A DNA stretch of 63,435 nucleotides, the filler included, from Actinomycetota bacterium (GTDB lineage: Bacteria > Actinomycetota > Actinomycetes > JAKEEW01), in the NCBI GenBank assembly GCA_046725875.1. It is 5 parts of 5 records of this genome, joined end to end, with 100 filler letters (N's around TTAATTAATTAA, not from the genome) between each part and the next. Parts side by side here need not be neighbours in the genome. Positions count along the whole stretch, not along the records: positions 1 to 29,212 come from JBKOZJ010000087.1; 4 more parts are not named here. One strand, 5' to 3'. Shown here one piece after another: positions 8,677-18,196 of this stretch. Made by a program: the position numbers and the translations under genes. Below the pieces are notes generated by a model. It searched no databases. It was not told where the DNA came from and saw only the letters and a list, made by a program, of their open reading frames with translations. How positions within the stretch are numbered: position 1 is the first letter of the stretch; each line of letters begins with the position of its first letter.

Positions 8677-10134
8677 TCATCGGCCGGTCGCCGCGGCGAC
8701 CCCGACCCGCCGGCGGACCGGCGGCAGGTAGTCGCCGACCAATGTGCGCACCCACCATGCACCCGTCTGGCGTCGCTCCCGCCACGTCGTGAAGCGATAG
8801 CGGTAGAACCGCGCCCTCACCCAAGTCGGCGGAGTATGGGGAAACGGGTTATGGCGCAGCAGTTTGAGCGTGGCTCGGTCGTCCTCGAGCAACCGGTTCG
8901 CGAGCAGCGGCAGCCACGGCTCCGCATAGCCAGGCGACAGCGCGGCGAACCACATCAGCCAGTCCAGCCGCAGATGGTAGGGCGCTACCTGCGGCGGGCG
9001 GCGGCGCACGTCGCCGGGTTTGCCCTTGAACTCGTACTCACGCCACCCGGTGTCCGGACCCGGCTCCGACTCGTCCGTTCCTTCGAGTACGACCTCGTGG
9101 CGGACGCGGGTGATGCTGCCGAACGCTCCGTACGTGTTGACCAGGTGCAGGGGGTTGAAGCTGTAGTTCATAAGCTGGCGGCCGTCCCTGGCGAGCAGGT
9201 TTCGCACCGGCCAGTAACTGAGTACGGCCACCATGGCGGCGACCGTGAAGACGATCCCCTCATATAGATCAGTAGGCTGGGCAAGCTCGGCTGGCATTGA
9301 GACCGGCAGGATCGCCTCCCACACTCCGTCGCCGAGGGCGCTGGTCGCGATCACGATCGTAAGCATGTTGAGCCAGGAGAAATTTCCACTAATCACGAGC
9401 CACGCCTGCGTGGCGATGACGACCGCTGCCGCTACACCGGCTACTGGTTGCGGCGTGAAGAGCAGGAACGGCACGCCGAGCTGGGTGAGATGGTTTGCGG
9501 CCGCCTCCACCTTGTGCAGCGACTTGGGCAGGTGGTGGAAATACCAACTGAGCGGGCCTGGCATCGGCTGCGTCTCGTGGTGGTAATAGAGGCAGGTCAG
9601 CGAGCGCCAACAGGGGTCGCCGCGCATCTTGATGAGGCCGGCGCCGAACTCGAGTCGAAAGAGTAGCCAGCGAAGTGCCAGGAGGATCGGCAGCGGTGGC
9701 GCGACGGTAGAAGGACCGAGGAAGATCGCGAGGAAGCCCGTCTCGCAGAGCAGGGACTCCCAGCCGAAGCTGTACCACAGCTGGCCGACGTTGACGATCG
9801 ACAAGTAGAGCAGCCAGAGCACCGCCCAGACAAGCATGTGCGCCGCTAGCGGGAGCTCGTCGGCGATCCCGGTCAGCAAAGCGGCCGCCCCACCGGCGCC
9901 GGTCCAGGCGAGCGCGGCGAAGAACCGGTCGGAGTAGTGCAGATGGAAGAGGCTCGGCGCCTCCCGAAAAGACCGGAGCCGCAGGTAGCGCCGGATCGGC
10001 AGCATGCCGCGCTCGCCGAGCAGGGCCCGGAACTGGTTAGCGGCGGTCAGGAACGCGGCGAGGTAGATCGCAGCCAGGCCTCGTTGGAACACGAGCCGGC
10101 TGAGCCAGTAGCCCTCGGCAGAGAACCACTCCAT
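8677..10134 (-). CDS. Lipase maturation factor (LMF1) family membrane protein
   Basis: FGWESLL.E.GFL, G.IK.RGD.CW, YHHETQP.P, PYHLRLDWLMWFA. Confidence 0.92.
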   Translation of the reverse strand: MEWFSAEGYWLSRLVFQRGLAAIYLAAFLTAANQFRALLGERGMLPIRRYLRLRSFREAPSLFHLHYSDRFFAALAWTGAGGAAALLTGIADELPLAAHMLVWAVLWLLYLSIVNVGQLWYSFGWESLLCETGFLAIFLGPSTVAPPLPILLALRWLLFRLEFGAGLIKMRGDPCWRSLTCLYYHHETQPMPGPLSWYFHHLPKSLHKVEAAANHLTQLGVPFLLFTPQPVAGVAAAVVIATQAWLVISGNFSWLNMLTIVIATSALGDGVWEAILPVSMPAELAQPTDLYEGIVFTVAAMVAVLSYWPVRNLLARDGRQLMNYSFNPLHLVNTYGAFGSITRVRHEVVLEGTDESEPGPDTGWREYEFKGKPGDVRRRPPQVAPYHLRLDWLMWFAALSPGYAEPWLPLLANRLLEDDRATLKLLRHNPFPHTPPTWVRARFYRYRFTTWRERRQTGAWWVRTLVGDYLPPVRRRVGVAAATGR

Positions 10135-10270
10135 CGCGGCACCTCGAAGATCCTATTCTCCAGCAACCGCCCAGTCCATGCGCACGCCGCTCAAACGTCT
10201 GCGGCGGCGAGCTCACCCCATCAGGGCCGTCCACGCCGAAGCTTCCCCTGCCCCTCATCGCCGTCGCCGC

Positions 10271-11011
10271 TCAGATGCGGAAGGCGACAAGCGTCGCGGC
10301 AAGCACGACGGTGGCGAGCGAGAGGAGCCGCAGTGCGGTCTCGGCAGGAGCGGTGAGTCGCCCGGCATCGAGCGGCTGCCTGCTCGCGTCGCGGAGCTCG
10401 AGCTCGCCGTGGACAGCAACCACGTGGCGTCGCACATACCGCACATGGGTGGAGAGCGCGCGCTGGGCGAGCGAGAGCAGCACCCCAAACGCCGCTGCGA
10501 GCACAGTTACAGCACGGATGTCGCCCGCGACGGCCGCGTACCCGTTGAGCACGGGGAAGCCGCCCCAGGCGAGCCCGAACCAGATGTCGGAGTGGAACCG
10601 GCCGCCGCCGAGCTCTAGGTTGTACGCCAACACCAGGAAAAGCCCCAACGGGATGAGCAGCGCGAGCCAGGCCCTGAAGGTAAGAGCGCCCACGAGCCCG
10701 ATCGTGCAGGCACCCGCGAGCGATACGCCCGCGAGCGCGACGAGAACCCGATCGGGGATCTCCGTGCGGAGCGGCCGGCCGTTCAGCTCGTCGAGGGCGT
10801 GCGCGCCGATCCCAACGGCGAGCGCAAAAGCGACGACAACGGCACCGAGCCTTTCCCAGGCGAGGACAGGCGCGAGGCAGCCGCCGATGACGACGTAGGA
10901 CAGATGCCACGCGGTGTAAGGAAGATGCAGCAGCGTCACGTAGTCTCGCCAGCCGCCGCGCGGGAGTGCGTACCAGGCCGGACGGGAGGCCGGGTGAACC
11001 ACGCGCGTCAT
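10271..11011 (-). CDS. Multi-pass membrane protein, UbiA prenyltransferase-like
   Basis: Several TM helices, LHLPYT.WHLSY, AHALDELNGRP, AYNLE...FH.D..F...WG. Family call is tentative. Confidence 0.6.
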   Translation of the reverse strand: MTRVVHPASRPAWYALPRGGWRDYVTLLHLPYTAWHLSYVVIGGCLAPVLAWERLGAVVVAFALAVGIGAHALDELNGRPLRTEIPDRVLVALAGVSLAGACTIGLVGALTFRAWLALLIPLGLFLVLAYNLELGGGRFHSDIWFGLAWGGFPVLNGYAAVAGDIRAVTVLAAAFGVLLSLAQRALSTHVRYVRRHVVAVHGELELRDASRQPLDAGRLTAPAETALRLLSLATVVLAATLVAFRI

Positions 11012-11039
11012 GACGCACTCGGCCGAAGTCTGGGCGGAC

Positions 11040-11729
11040 TCACGTCTTACGTCCCCAGATGACGACGGCGGCGCCGAAGGTCAGCCGCCGGACCGCGACG
11101 CCGTGCAGGCCTGCCGAGTGCCACCACTCGAGCTGGCTTGCGAGCGGATTCGTTTGCCAGAAGGCGCGGATCGACCCTCCTAGGAAGTCGCCAACCTCCG
11201 GCCAGCCGTTTCGGACCACGCGGCCGGCCAACGGCAGCACTGCTTGGACGTACATATTCCAGAGTGTGCGAGCGGGACCTGGCGGGACACCGAATTCGAG
11301 CGCAGCGACGACGCCACCTGGACGCACCACCCGAGCCAGCTCGGCGAGCGTGGCTCGCCGGTCGGCAACATAACGAAGCAGATACGCGAACGTGAGATGG
11401 TCGAAGGACGCGGAATCAAGCGGGAGCGCTTCCGCGGATGCGTTGATCAAGTTGACATCGTCGCCAAAGCGACGCTGCGCGATCGCCAGCATCTCGGGAC
11501 TCTGATCGACTCCGGTCACCCTGAATCCGCGCCGCAGGAGTCCCGCCGCGACGAGGCCCGTTCCGGTCGCCACGTCGAGAACGTGACCACCGCGCGGAAG
11601 GCGTGAGATCAGGAAGCGGCGCCAAAGCGGGTCCTGCCCCAGCGAGAGCATTGCACCCACGCGGTCGTACGTCGGCCCGAGTGGTGCGAAGAGCCCGCGG
11701 GCTTGCTCTTCCAAGCTCCGGTCTGGCAT
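11040..11729 (-). CDS. UbiE/MenG-like SAM-dependent methyltransferase
   Basis: F....TYD....LSLGQD..WR, VLDVATGTG, ELARVVRPGG..LEF. Confidence 0.85.
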   Translation of the reverse strand: MPDRSLEEQARGLFAPLGPTYDRVGAMLSLGQDPLWRRFLISRLPRGGHVLDVATGTGLVAAGLLRRGFRVTGVDQSPEMLAIAQRRFGDDVNLINASAEALPLDSASFDHLTFAYLLRYVADRRATLAELARVVRPGGVVAALEFGVPPGPARTLWNMYVQAVLPLAGRVVRNGWPEVGDFLGGSIRAFWQTNPLASQLEWWHSAGLHGVAVRRLTFGAAVVIWGRKT

Positions 11730-11803
11730 CCGTCCGTCACTCCGATCGCAGGATCGCGGCAGCCTTGCTCGGGCGGCTCGACGGTTGGGCTCGGCGTAGC
11801 CGA

Positions 11804-12487
11804 TCAGCCCGCCTGGCTGTCGACAAAAGCGCAGAACTCGTTGCCCTCGGGATCGGCCAGGACGTTCCAGGCGATGTCGGCTCCTTGGGGCCTTATCAGG
11901 GTGGCACCCATGTCCAGGAGCGCCGACAGGTCGAGCACTGTGAGGTCTTTGTGGATGCGGTTCTTTATGGTCTTGGGCTCGGGCACCGGGACGAAGCCCA
12001 GGGCGTACGGCATCCCCGGCACGTTCTCAACTGTGGAGAATCCCTGCGGATTGTTGATCATCGAGCCTCCGTAGACGCGTGCCCACCATGCAGCCTGCGC
12101 GGTCGGGTCGGCGCTGTCGAAGACAATTTCGCGAAGCCGATTCGGTGGCACCTCGGAACCTAGGAACGCGCAGTATTCTCCGCCTTCGAGGTCAGCCATG
12201 ATGGTCCACCGGCGGTCTTCACCTGCGGGAAGGACAACGCGCGAGCCGAGTGCTTCGAGATCAGCCAGGTCGCGTGCATACACATCGAGATGGACGCGAT
12301 GCTTCACGGTCTTGGGCTCGGGGACCCGGTTGATCCAGATCGCCGGTCGTTGTCCTGATCCGAAGACTCCGCCCTCGCCGTTTTGGTGCGGCCGCCACGT
12401 CAGGCCAAGTACCTCAGCCCAAAACTGGCCCAGCCGCGGAGGATCGTTCGCATCCATACACAGCTTCCTGAATCGGGCAATTGCCAC
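11804..12487 (-). CDS. Two-domain VOC/glyoxalase-like protein
   Basis: Duplicated VPEPKT.K.R.H.D and ADPEGNEFCAF / ADLEGGEYCAF motifs. Confidence 0.88.
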   Translation of the reverse strand: MAIARFRKLCMDANDPPRLGQFWAEVLGLTWRPHQNGEGGVFGSGQRPAIWINRVPEPKTVKHRVHLDVYARDLADLEALGSRVVLPAGEDRRWTIMADLEGGEYCAFLGSEVPPNRLREIVFDSADPTAQAAWWARVYGGSMINNPQGFSTVENVPGMPYALGFVPVPEPKTIKNRIHKDLTVLDLSALLDMGATLIRPQGADIAWNVLADPEGNEFCAFVDSQAG

Positions 12488-12775
12488 GACGGCACCTTAG
12501 TGCCAGCTCAGCAAGGCATCCCAGGCGGCCACGCTGAGTACGTTGGTCGCGGTGGGTGAGCTCCTTCTCTCGCTCGAGGAGCTCGACCCGCGCGACGAGC
12601 CGGCGCTTCTCGCCGGGTTGGCACACTTCGTGGAGCTGTTCGACGCTCCCGGTGAGCATCACGAACGAGGCGTGATGGTCATGGTGGCCGGGATGATTGA
12701 TGGTCCCGTGATGCTCGCTGGTCGCGGCACGGCAGGTGTCATCCTGCCGATCACGACCCCGCGAGCCTTCTGTGG

Positions 12776-13174
12776 TCAGCGGTCGGCAACCGCGATTGCC
12801 TCAACCTCAATGAGGTACTCGGGACGGGACAGGGTCTGGACGCCGATCAGCGCGTCGGCCGGCTTATGGTTTCCGAACAGCGCCACCCGAGCCCGCTCGA
12901 TCATCGGCAGGTACTCGCGCCGATAGCCGACTACATAAAGGGTCAGCTTCGTGACCTGCTCGGGCCGGGCGCCGGCAGCGGCGAGGGCACGGCCCACATT
13001 CGCGAACACCTGGGCGGCTTGGGCCGCCAGGTCACCCACGCCGACCAGGTTGCCGTGCTCGTCCTCGGGCTCCTGGCCAGCGACGAACACCAGCCGACCT
13101 CCAGTGGCGACCACCACCTGGGTGTAGGTCGACGGAGTGGGCAGGTCCTCGGGGTTAATGCATTCCAGCGTCAT
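12776..13174 (-). CDS. RidA/YjgF/YER057c family protein
   Basis: YTQVV, VFVAGQ, Q.F.N...L..AG, LIGVQ.L..PEYLIEVEA. Confidence 0.9.
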   Translation of the reverse strand: MTLECINPEDLPTPSTYTQVVVATGGRLVFVAGQEPEDEHGNLVGVGDLAAQAAQVFANVGRALAAAGARPEQVTKLTLYVVGYRREYLPMIERARVALFGNHKPADALIGVQTLSRPEYLIEVEAIAVADR

Positions 13175-13296
13175 CGACCGCTATCTCCTGAACCTGCGGG
13201 GGGCCGCCTCTCAACCGCCATCGCACGGCGGCGATCCGGTAGCCGGCCTCCGCACCAACGTAATGATCACCTTATGCTGCCGGAACCGCCAGGCGC

Positions 13297-13836
13297 GACA
13301 AGATGCGTGCTCAAGCCCTTGCCCACGTTGGCCAGCCCGCCGTCACGTATGCGGCTGGGTCTGCCGAGCACATCCCGTTGCCAGATGCCTCGTGTGACGC
13401 AGCCTTGCTGTTCTTCGTCTGGCATCACGTAGTCGACGGCGAGGGTGCTGCGCAGGAGTTGCGCCGGGTCGTAAAGCCAGGCGGCAAGCTCTTCGTGGGG
13501 ACGAACTTCTCGGACGGGATGCCTGATGTCTGGTGGTTCCGTGTCGTGCCCGAATGGAGGAAAGTCGACAAGGCGCAGTTCCGGTCCGTGGATGAGGTGA
13601 GAAGTGACTTCACCGGCACCGGGTGGACGGTCGTCTCTCATGATGAAGTCACCTGGCTTCGCTCAGCGAACCTGGCCGAGGACTTCGAGAGGTTGAAGCT
13701 GCGTGCCGTCTCGGTCTTCGAGCACATGAGCGGGGAGGTCGTCGAAGCGGGCTTCGCCAGGATCGAGGCAGCGCTGCCCTCACTCGGCGACGGGCCTCAA
13801 TACGAGACCAGCGAGCTGCGCGTCTTCCAGCGCTAG
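13297..13836 (+). pseudogene. N-terminally truncated class I SAM methyltransferase
   Basis: GSAEHIPLPD.SCD, ELRRVVKPGG are present, but motif I is missing; in-frame TGA at 13264-13266 just upstream. Confidence 0.6.
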
Positions 13837-13908
13837 TCACACCGGGCCGAGCATGTTGGCTACGCCGGACGCCGTGTCCTGAGCTCGCGCAAGTGGTCCG
13901 GCAAGACT
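13837..13908 (+). pseudogene. Remnant of an actinomycete replication initiator (integrative element or plasmid type)
   Basis: Reads SHRAEHVGYAGRRVLSSRKWSGKT, close to the recalled conserved H.G..GRRVLVSRKWSGKT motif; no start codon; about 215 nt from the tRNA-Val 3' end. Confidence 0.5.
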
Positions 13909-14122
13909 GGTGGGCGACGATGGATCCTGACGTTGTATGAAGCGTCCCGGTCAAGCCCCTCCACCGTGATCATTTCATTGCCGAGGTCGGGGTGGCGGCC
14001 GTGGGATCCAGCGTCGGACACCCGCTGCCGGTGGGCTTACCCGTCCTCGGCGCCGGTTGGACGATGTCCGTCCTGGGCGAGCGATTGCTGCGAAGAGGGG
14101 CGCTGACCTGCGGGAACGTGGG

Positions 14123-14194
14123 TGGGCGATACTGGGATTGAACCAGTGACCTCTACCGTGTCAAGGTAGCGCTCTCCCACTGAGCTAATCGCCC
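14123..14194 (-). tRNA. tRNA-Val(GAC)
   Basis: GGGCGATTAGCTCAGTGGGAGAGC...CTACC-TTGACAC-GGTAG...GGTTCAATCC...ATCGCCCA; no encoded CCA. Confidence 0.96.
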
Positions 14195-14207
14195 GGGCGG
14201 TGGTGCG

Positions 14208-14279
14208 AGGCGGAGGCGGGAATCGAACCCGCGTACAGGGCTTTGCAGGCCCTTGCCTATGCCACTCGGCCACTCCGCC
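14208..14279 (-). tRNA. tRNA-Cys(GCA)
   Basis: GGCGGAGTGGCCGAGTGG...AGGGC-CTGCAAA-GCCCT...GGTTCGATTCC...CTCCGCCT. Confidence 0.96.
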
Positions 14280-14318
14280 AGGGCCGAGGTCCGTACGGAA
14301 AGCCGATCGGCACCTCCG

Positions 14319-14391
14319 AGCGGACGACGGGACTCGAACCCGCGACCCTCACCTTGGCAAGGTGATGCTCTACCAACTGAGCCACGTCCGC
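14319..14391 (-). tRNA. tRNA-Gly(GCC)
   Basis: GCGGACGTGGCTCAGTTGGTAGAGC...TCACC-TTGCCAA-GGTGA...GGTTCGAGTCC...CGTCCGCT. Confidence 0.96.
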
Positions 14392-14458
14392 AATGCCCGG
14401 GATGCTTCCCGGCGCGCACTGAACTTTAGCCCATGCTCCGGCCCGGGCCCAACTCGGA

Positions 14459-14932
14459 TCAGGGTGCCGCGGCCCCCTGGAGCGGGCCGAGTTGGTCGGC
14501 ATACCAGGTCACCTCGGCCACGTGCTCGGCGATCTCGCGGAGAGTCCAGGACGGGGTTCGCGGCTTGTCCCATTCGTCCGGTCCAGCCGCGGCCAGGCGG
14601 AGTTCGTACATCTGCGCCAGCCTCACCAGGCGGGAGCGCGCCTCGTCCAGGTCGGCCTCGGTGAATCGCGCCCAGTCCGAGTCCAGAGTGATCATCCGGC
14701 CGTGCCAAGTGTCGGGCACGCTCGGCGCTCCCGCCAGCAGCGCCTCGATCTCGGCCAGATGATCAAGGAGATGATCGGCCACTCGCCGCATCGCCTTGTG
14801 CGGCGTCCAGACGTTCTCGCCGGACGCGACCGGCCGCCCGTCCCAGGCGTACCAGGTCCCCGCAATCTTCAGAACTTCGTCAACTGAGGTACGAACCACA
14901 CTGCCGGGATTGTCGACCTTGATATCGTCCAT
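14459..14932 (-). CDS. DinB-like conserved hypothetical protein
   Basis: WTPHKA.RR..DHL.DHLAE and WTLR.IA.H motifs. Confidence 0.7.
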   Translation of the reverse strand: MDDIKVDNPGSVVRTSVDEVLKIAGTWYAWDGRPVASGENVWTPHKAMRRVADHLLDHLAEIEALLAGAPSVPDTWHGRMITLDSDWARFTEADLDEARSRLVRLAQMYELRLAAAGPDEWDKPRTPSWTLREIAEHVAEVTWYADQLGPLQGAAAP

Positions 14933-14977
14933 GCTTCGACGCTACGGCGAGCATTCTTCTCGTACGGTCGAAGCATG
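14930..14977. promoter_or_regulatory. Inverted repeat spanning both divergent start codons (probable ArsR operator)
   Basis: CATGCTTCGAC (14930-14940) / GTCGAAGCATG (14967-14977); only 42 nt between the genes. Confidence 0.55.
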
Positions 14978-15700
14978 ACAGCACGGCAGCAAGCCTTCGA
15001 CGTGGACATCTCGCCGGTCGCCGCGCTCATTGGTGACCGGACCAGAGCGGCGATGCTTTCCGCGCTCATGTCGGGAACAGCTCTCACTGCCGGCGAACTG
15101 GCAACGGCGGCCGGCGTGAGTGCAGCCACGGCAAGCTCACACCTCGCCCACCTGCTCCGCGGGGAGCTGGTGGCCGTCGAGAAGCAAGGCCGGCACCGCT
15201 ACTACCGGCTCCGTGGACAACATGTCGCCGCCGTCATCGAGGCGCTGGCAAGGGTCAGCCCACCGGTCCAGATACGGAGCTTGCGGCAATCCCGCACCGC
15301 CGCCGCAATGCGTAACGCCCGAACGTGCTATGACCATCTCGCGGGCCGTGCCGGTGTAAGCATCTATGCCGCGCTCGCCGACAAGGGATGGCTTACCGCC
15401 GACGGCGGGGCTGTGAGCGACAGCGGCGAGCGGGAGCTCACGGGCCTCGGGATCGACGTCGTGGCGTTGAAGACCGGCCGCCGCCGGCTCGTTCGACCCT
15501 GCTTGGACTGGACCGAGCGACGACCGCACCTCGCGGGCGCACTTGGCGCAGCGGTTCTCAGGCACGTACTCGACCGCGGTTGGCTGGTGCGGGAGCGAGG
15601 CGAGCCGCGCGTACTGCGCGTTACCGAGGACGGGGAGTACGGGTTCGCAACGACCTTCGGTATCGACCTAACAACGGAATCCGCTTCTGTCTCCAGATAG
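14975..15700 (+). CDS. ArsR/SmtB family winged-helix regulator
   Basis: IGD.TRA.ML, S.ATASSHL, QGRHRYY, ARTCYDHLAG, CLDWTERRPHLAGALG. Confidence 0.92.
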   Translation: MTARQQAFDVDISPVAALIGDRTRAAMLSALMSGTALTAGELATAAGVSAATASSHLAHLLRGELVAVEKQGRHRYYRLRGQHVAAVIEALARVSPPVQIRSLRQSRTAAAMRNARTCYDHLAGRAGVSIYAALADKGWLTADGGAVSDSGERELTGLGIDVVALKTGRRRLVRPCLDWTERRPHLAGALGAAVLRHVLDRGWLVRERGEPRVLRVTEDGEYGFATTFGIDLTTESASVSR

Positions 15701-15786
15701 GTCTAGGCTCGCCATCGATCCTCGGTTGTTGGGAGCTGTCGTCTCCTAACGCACGCGCCGCCGACCGAGCCAACCGGAGATGCACG

Positions 15787-16470
15787 ATGAAGCGTCGCGC
15801 ACTGCTGCTGTTAGCAACTATCGCTGGAGCAGGCCTGGTCGCCTGCGCAGGCGACGACGAGAACCTTACGAGCCTGAGCGCGACCGAGATTCTCGACAAA
15901 ACCAAGCAAGCGGTCTCAGATGCTAAGTCCGTACACGCGTCGGGGGACCGCGTGGACGACGATGGCACGAAGACGAAGCTCGATTTCCACATCTCCGAGA
16001 CGGGTACGACAGGCACGCTCACCGCCGAAGAGTTCAACTTCGAGATCCTCGTCACCGACACGGACTTTTTCCTAAAGGGGGACAAGGAGACCTGGAGCGG
16101 CCTCACCGGAGAGGCTGCCGCCGGTGAGCTGCTCGGCGGTCGGTATGTGAGGATCCCCGCGACCGACGAGAACTTCAAGAAGATCAAAACGCTGGCCGAC
16201 TGGGATTCCTTCGTCAAGGAGACATTCGAGCCTGACGGGCAGGTGACGAAGGGGGAGACCAAGAAGATCGGCGACGTCGAGGTGATTGGGCTAGTCGACA
16301 AGGGCAAGGACGGCGGAACCCTCTGGATTCCGGTCGAGGGCGAGCCACTTCCGGTACAAGGAATCGACGAGGAGGGCAACACCATCGACTTCGATGACTG
16401 GGGCAAGCCGGTCACCATCGAGACGCCGCCAGCTGACCAAGTCGTCGACCTGTCCGAGCTATCGAGCTAG
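15787..16470 (+). CDS. Lipoprotein, LppX/LolA-like fold probable
   Basis: MKRR + hydrophobic stretch + lipobox LVAC; C-terminal F.DWGKPVTIE.PP. Confidence 0.75.
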   Translation: MKRRALLLLATIAGAGLVACAGDDENLTSLSATEILDKTKQAVSDAKSVHASGDRVDDDGTKTKLDFHISETGTTGTLTAEEFNFEILVTDTDFFLKGDKETWSGLTGEAAAGELLGGRYVRIPATDENFKKIKTLADWDSFVKETFEPDGQVTKGETKKIGDVEVIGLVDKGKDGGTLWIPVEGEPLPVQGIDEEGNTIDFDDWGKPVTIETPPADQVVDLSELSS

Positions 16471-16637
16471 TCAGGTGGGATCGGCCGCAACTCGCGGTTG
16501 GGCGGAACTCAGGCGGTCATGGCGCGAGCGGGGTCGGTGCGTCCCACTGACCGTTGACTCTGCTCGGCGACCGACGGCCGAGTGTTGTGCAGTGTGCAGG
16601 GTTGGTGGCGACCGGAGACAGAGCTAGGTTTCGCTGC

Positions 16638-18185
16638 ATGGCAGTTGTGACCGTCAACGGCGACGCGCTCACGGTCGAGGACCTGGTAGCCGTGGCTCGC
16701 GGCGGCGCCCGCGCCGAACTCGATCCCAAGGTCGAGGGGCGCATGGCGCAAAGCCGCGCCGTCGTGATCGGCGCCGTCGAGCAAGGCAAGATCATGTACG
16801 GCATCACCACGGGCTTCGGCGCGCTTGCCGATACTCACATCGGGCGGGCCGACCTCGAGGCGATGCAGCTCGCGCTCGTCCGCTCCCACGCCGCGGGCGT
16901 CGGCGAGCCGCTCCCCGACGATGTGGTCCGCGGTCTGCTGCTCCTTCGGGCCCGGACCCTCGCTGCGGGATACTCCGGGGTCCGACCGGAGCTGCCGCGC
17001 CGCCTCCTCGAGCTGCTCAACCGCGGCCTGCTCCCCGTCATCCCGGCCAAGGGATCGGTCGGCGCGTCGGGCGACCTTGCCCAGCTTGCGCATCTGGCAC
17101 TGCCGCTGGTTGGCGAGGGGCGACTGAGGCGAGTCGGCGCGAGCGGCGACATGCTCCACGGACGGCCCGCGGCGCAACTGCTCGCGGAGGAACGGCTCGC
17201 TCCGCTGACGCTTGCACCGAAGGAAGGCCTGTCGCTGATCAACGGGACGGAGCCCATGCAGGCGCTGTTGGCTCTCGCAGTCGCGGATTCCGACGTGCTT
17301 GCCAAGGCGGCCGATGTCGCCTGCGCAATGTCGGTCGAGGCGCTGCTTGGTACCGACCGTCCCTACGACGAGCGCGTACAGAACCTGCGCCCGCATCCCG
17401 GCCAGCTCGCCAGCGCCAGCAACCTGCGCACGCTGCTCGCCGGGTCGCCCCTCCTGGCGAGCCATCGGGAGAGCGATCACGCGGTCCAGGACTCCTACGC
17501 GCTGCGGTGCGCTCCTCAGATCCACGGCGCGGCGAGAGACGTGCTCGCACACGCCAGGCGGACAGTCGAGATCGAGCTCGGCGCCGTCGTCGACAATCCG
17601 GTGATCGTGGCGGACGGCGAGGTCATGTCGACCGGAAACTTCCATGGGGAGCCGCTAGCTTTCGCCGGCGACATCCTCGCCATCGCGCTCTGCGAGCTGG
17701 CCTCCGTCTCGGAACGGCGGACCTACCGCATTCTTGACCCCGCGGTGTCTCGCGGACTCCCGCCCTTCCTCGCACTACGTGCGGGGACGAACTCCGGCTA
17801 CATGATCGCCCAGTACACGGCGGCCTCGCTGGTCAATGAGAACAAGGTGCTCGCCCATCCAGCGAGCGTGGACACCATCCCGACCAGCGGGAACCAGGAG
17901 GATCACGTCTCGATGGGCTGGACCTCGACGCGCAAGCTGCATGAGGTGCTCGGAAACGTCCGGCACGTCCTTGCCGTGGAGATCATCACAGCGGCACAAG
18001 GCATCGACTTCCGCGTTGACATCGCTCAGCCGGCTCCGGCTGTGGCCGCCGTACAGAAGCGCCTTCGCGATGTAATCGAGCCGATGCTCACCGACCGGGT
18101 CGTCGCCGACCAGATTGACACTGCGGCAAAACTTCTGCCCGAGCTTGTCGCCGTGGCCGAGTCTGCCTCCGGCCCCCTCGCCTGA
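16638..18185 (+). CDS. hutH: Histidine ammonia-lyase
   Basis: YGITTGFG, LVRSHAAGVG (the SH pair typical of HAL), GSVGASGDLA (MIO-forming ASG), KEGLSLING, QDSYALRC, NQEDHVSMG. Confidence 0.93.
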   Translation: MAVVTVNGDALTVEDLVAVARGGARAELDPKVEGRMAQSRAVVIGAVEQGKIMYGITTGFGALADTHIGRADLEAMQLALVRSHAAGVGEPLPDDVVRGLLLLRARTLAAGYSGVRPELPRRLLELLNRGLLPVIPAKGSVGASGDLAQLAHLALPLVGEGRLRRVGASGDMLHGRPAAQLLAEERLAPLTLAPKEGLSLINGTEPMQALLALAVADSDVLAKAADVACAMSVEALLGTDRPYDERVQNLRPHPGQLASASNLRTLLAGSPLLASHRESDHAVQDSYALRCAPQIHGAARDVLAHARRTVEIELGAVVDNPVIVADGEVMSTGNFHGEPLAFAGDILAIALCELASVSERRTYRILDPAVSRGLPPFLALRAGTNSGYMIAQYTAASLVNENKVLAHPASVDTIPTSGNQEDHVSMGWTSTRKLHEVLGNVRHVLAVEIITAAQGIDFRVDIAQPAPAVAAVQKRLRDVIEPMLTDRVVADQIDTAAKLLPELVAVAESASGPLA

Positions 18186-18196
18186 CCGGTGAGCCG

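Noticed and set aside
12549..12599. Minus-strand LVARVELLEREKELTHR, resembling the DUF899 N-terminus
   Set aside because: Only about 17 codons with no continuation; too short to support.
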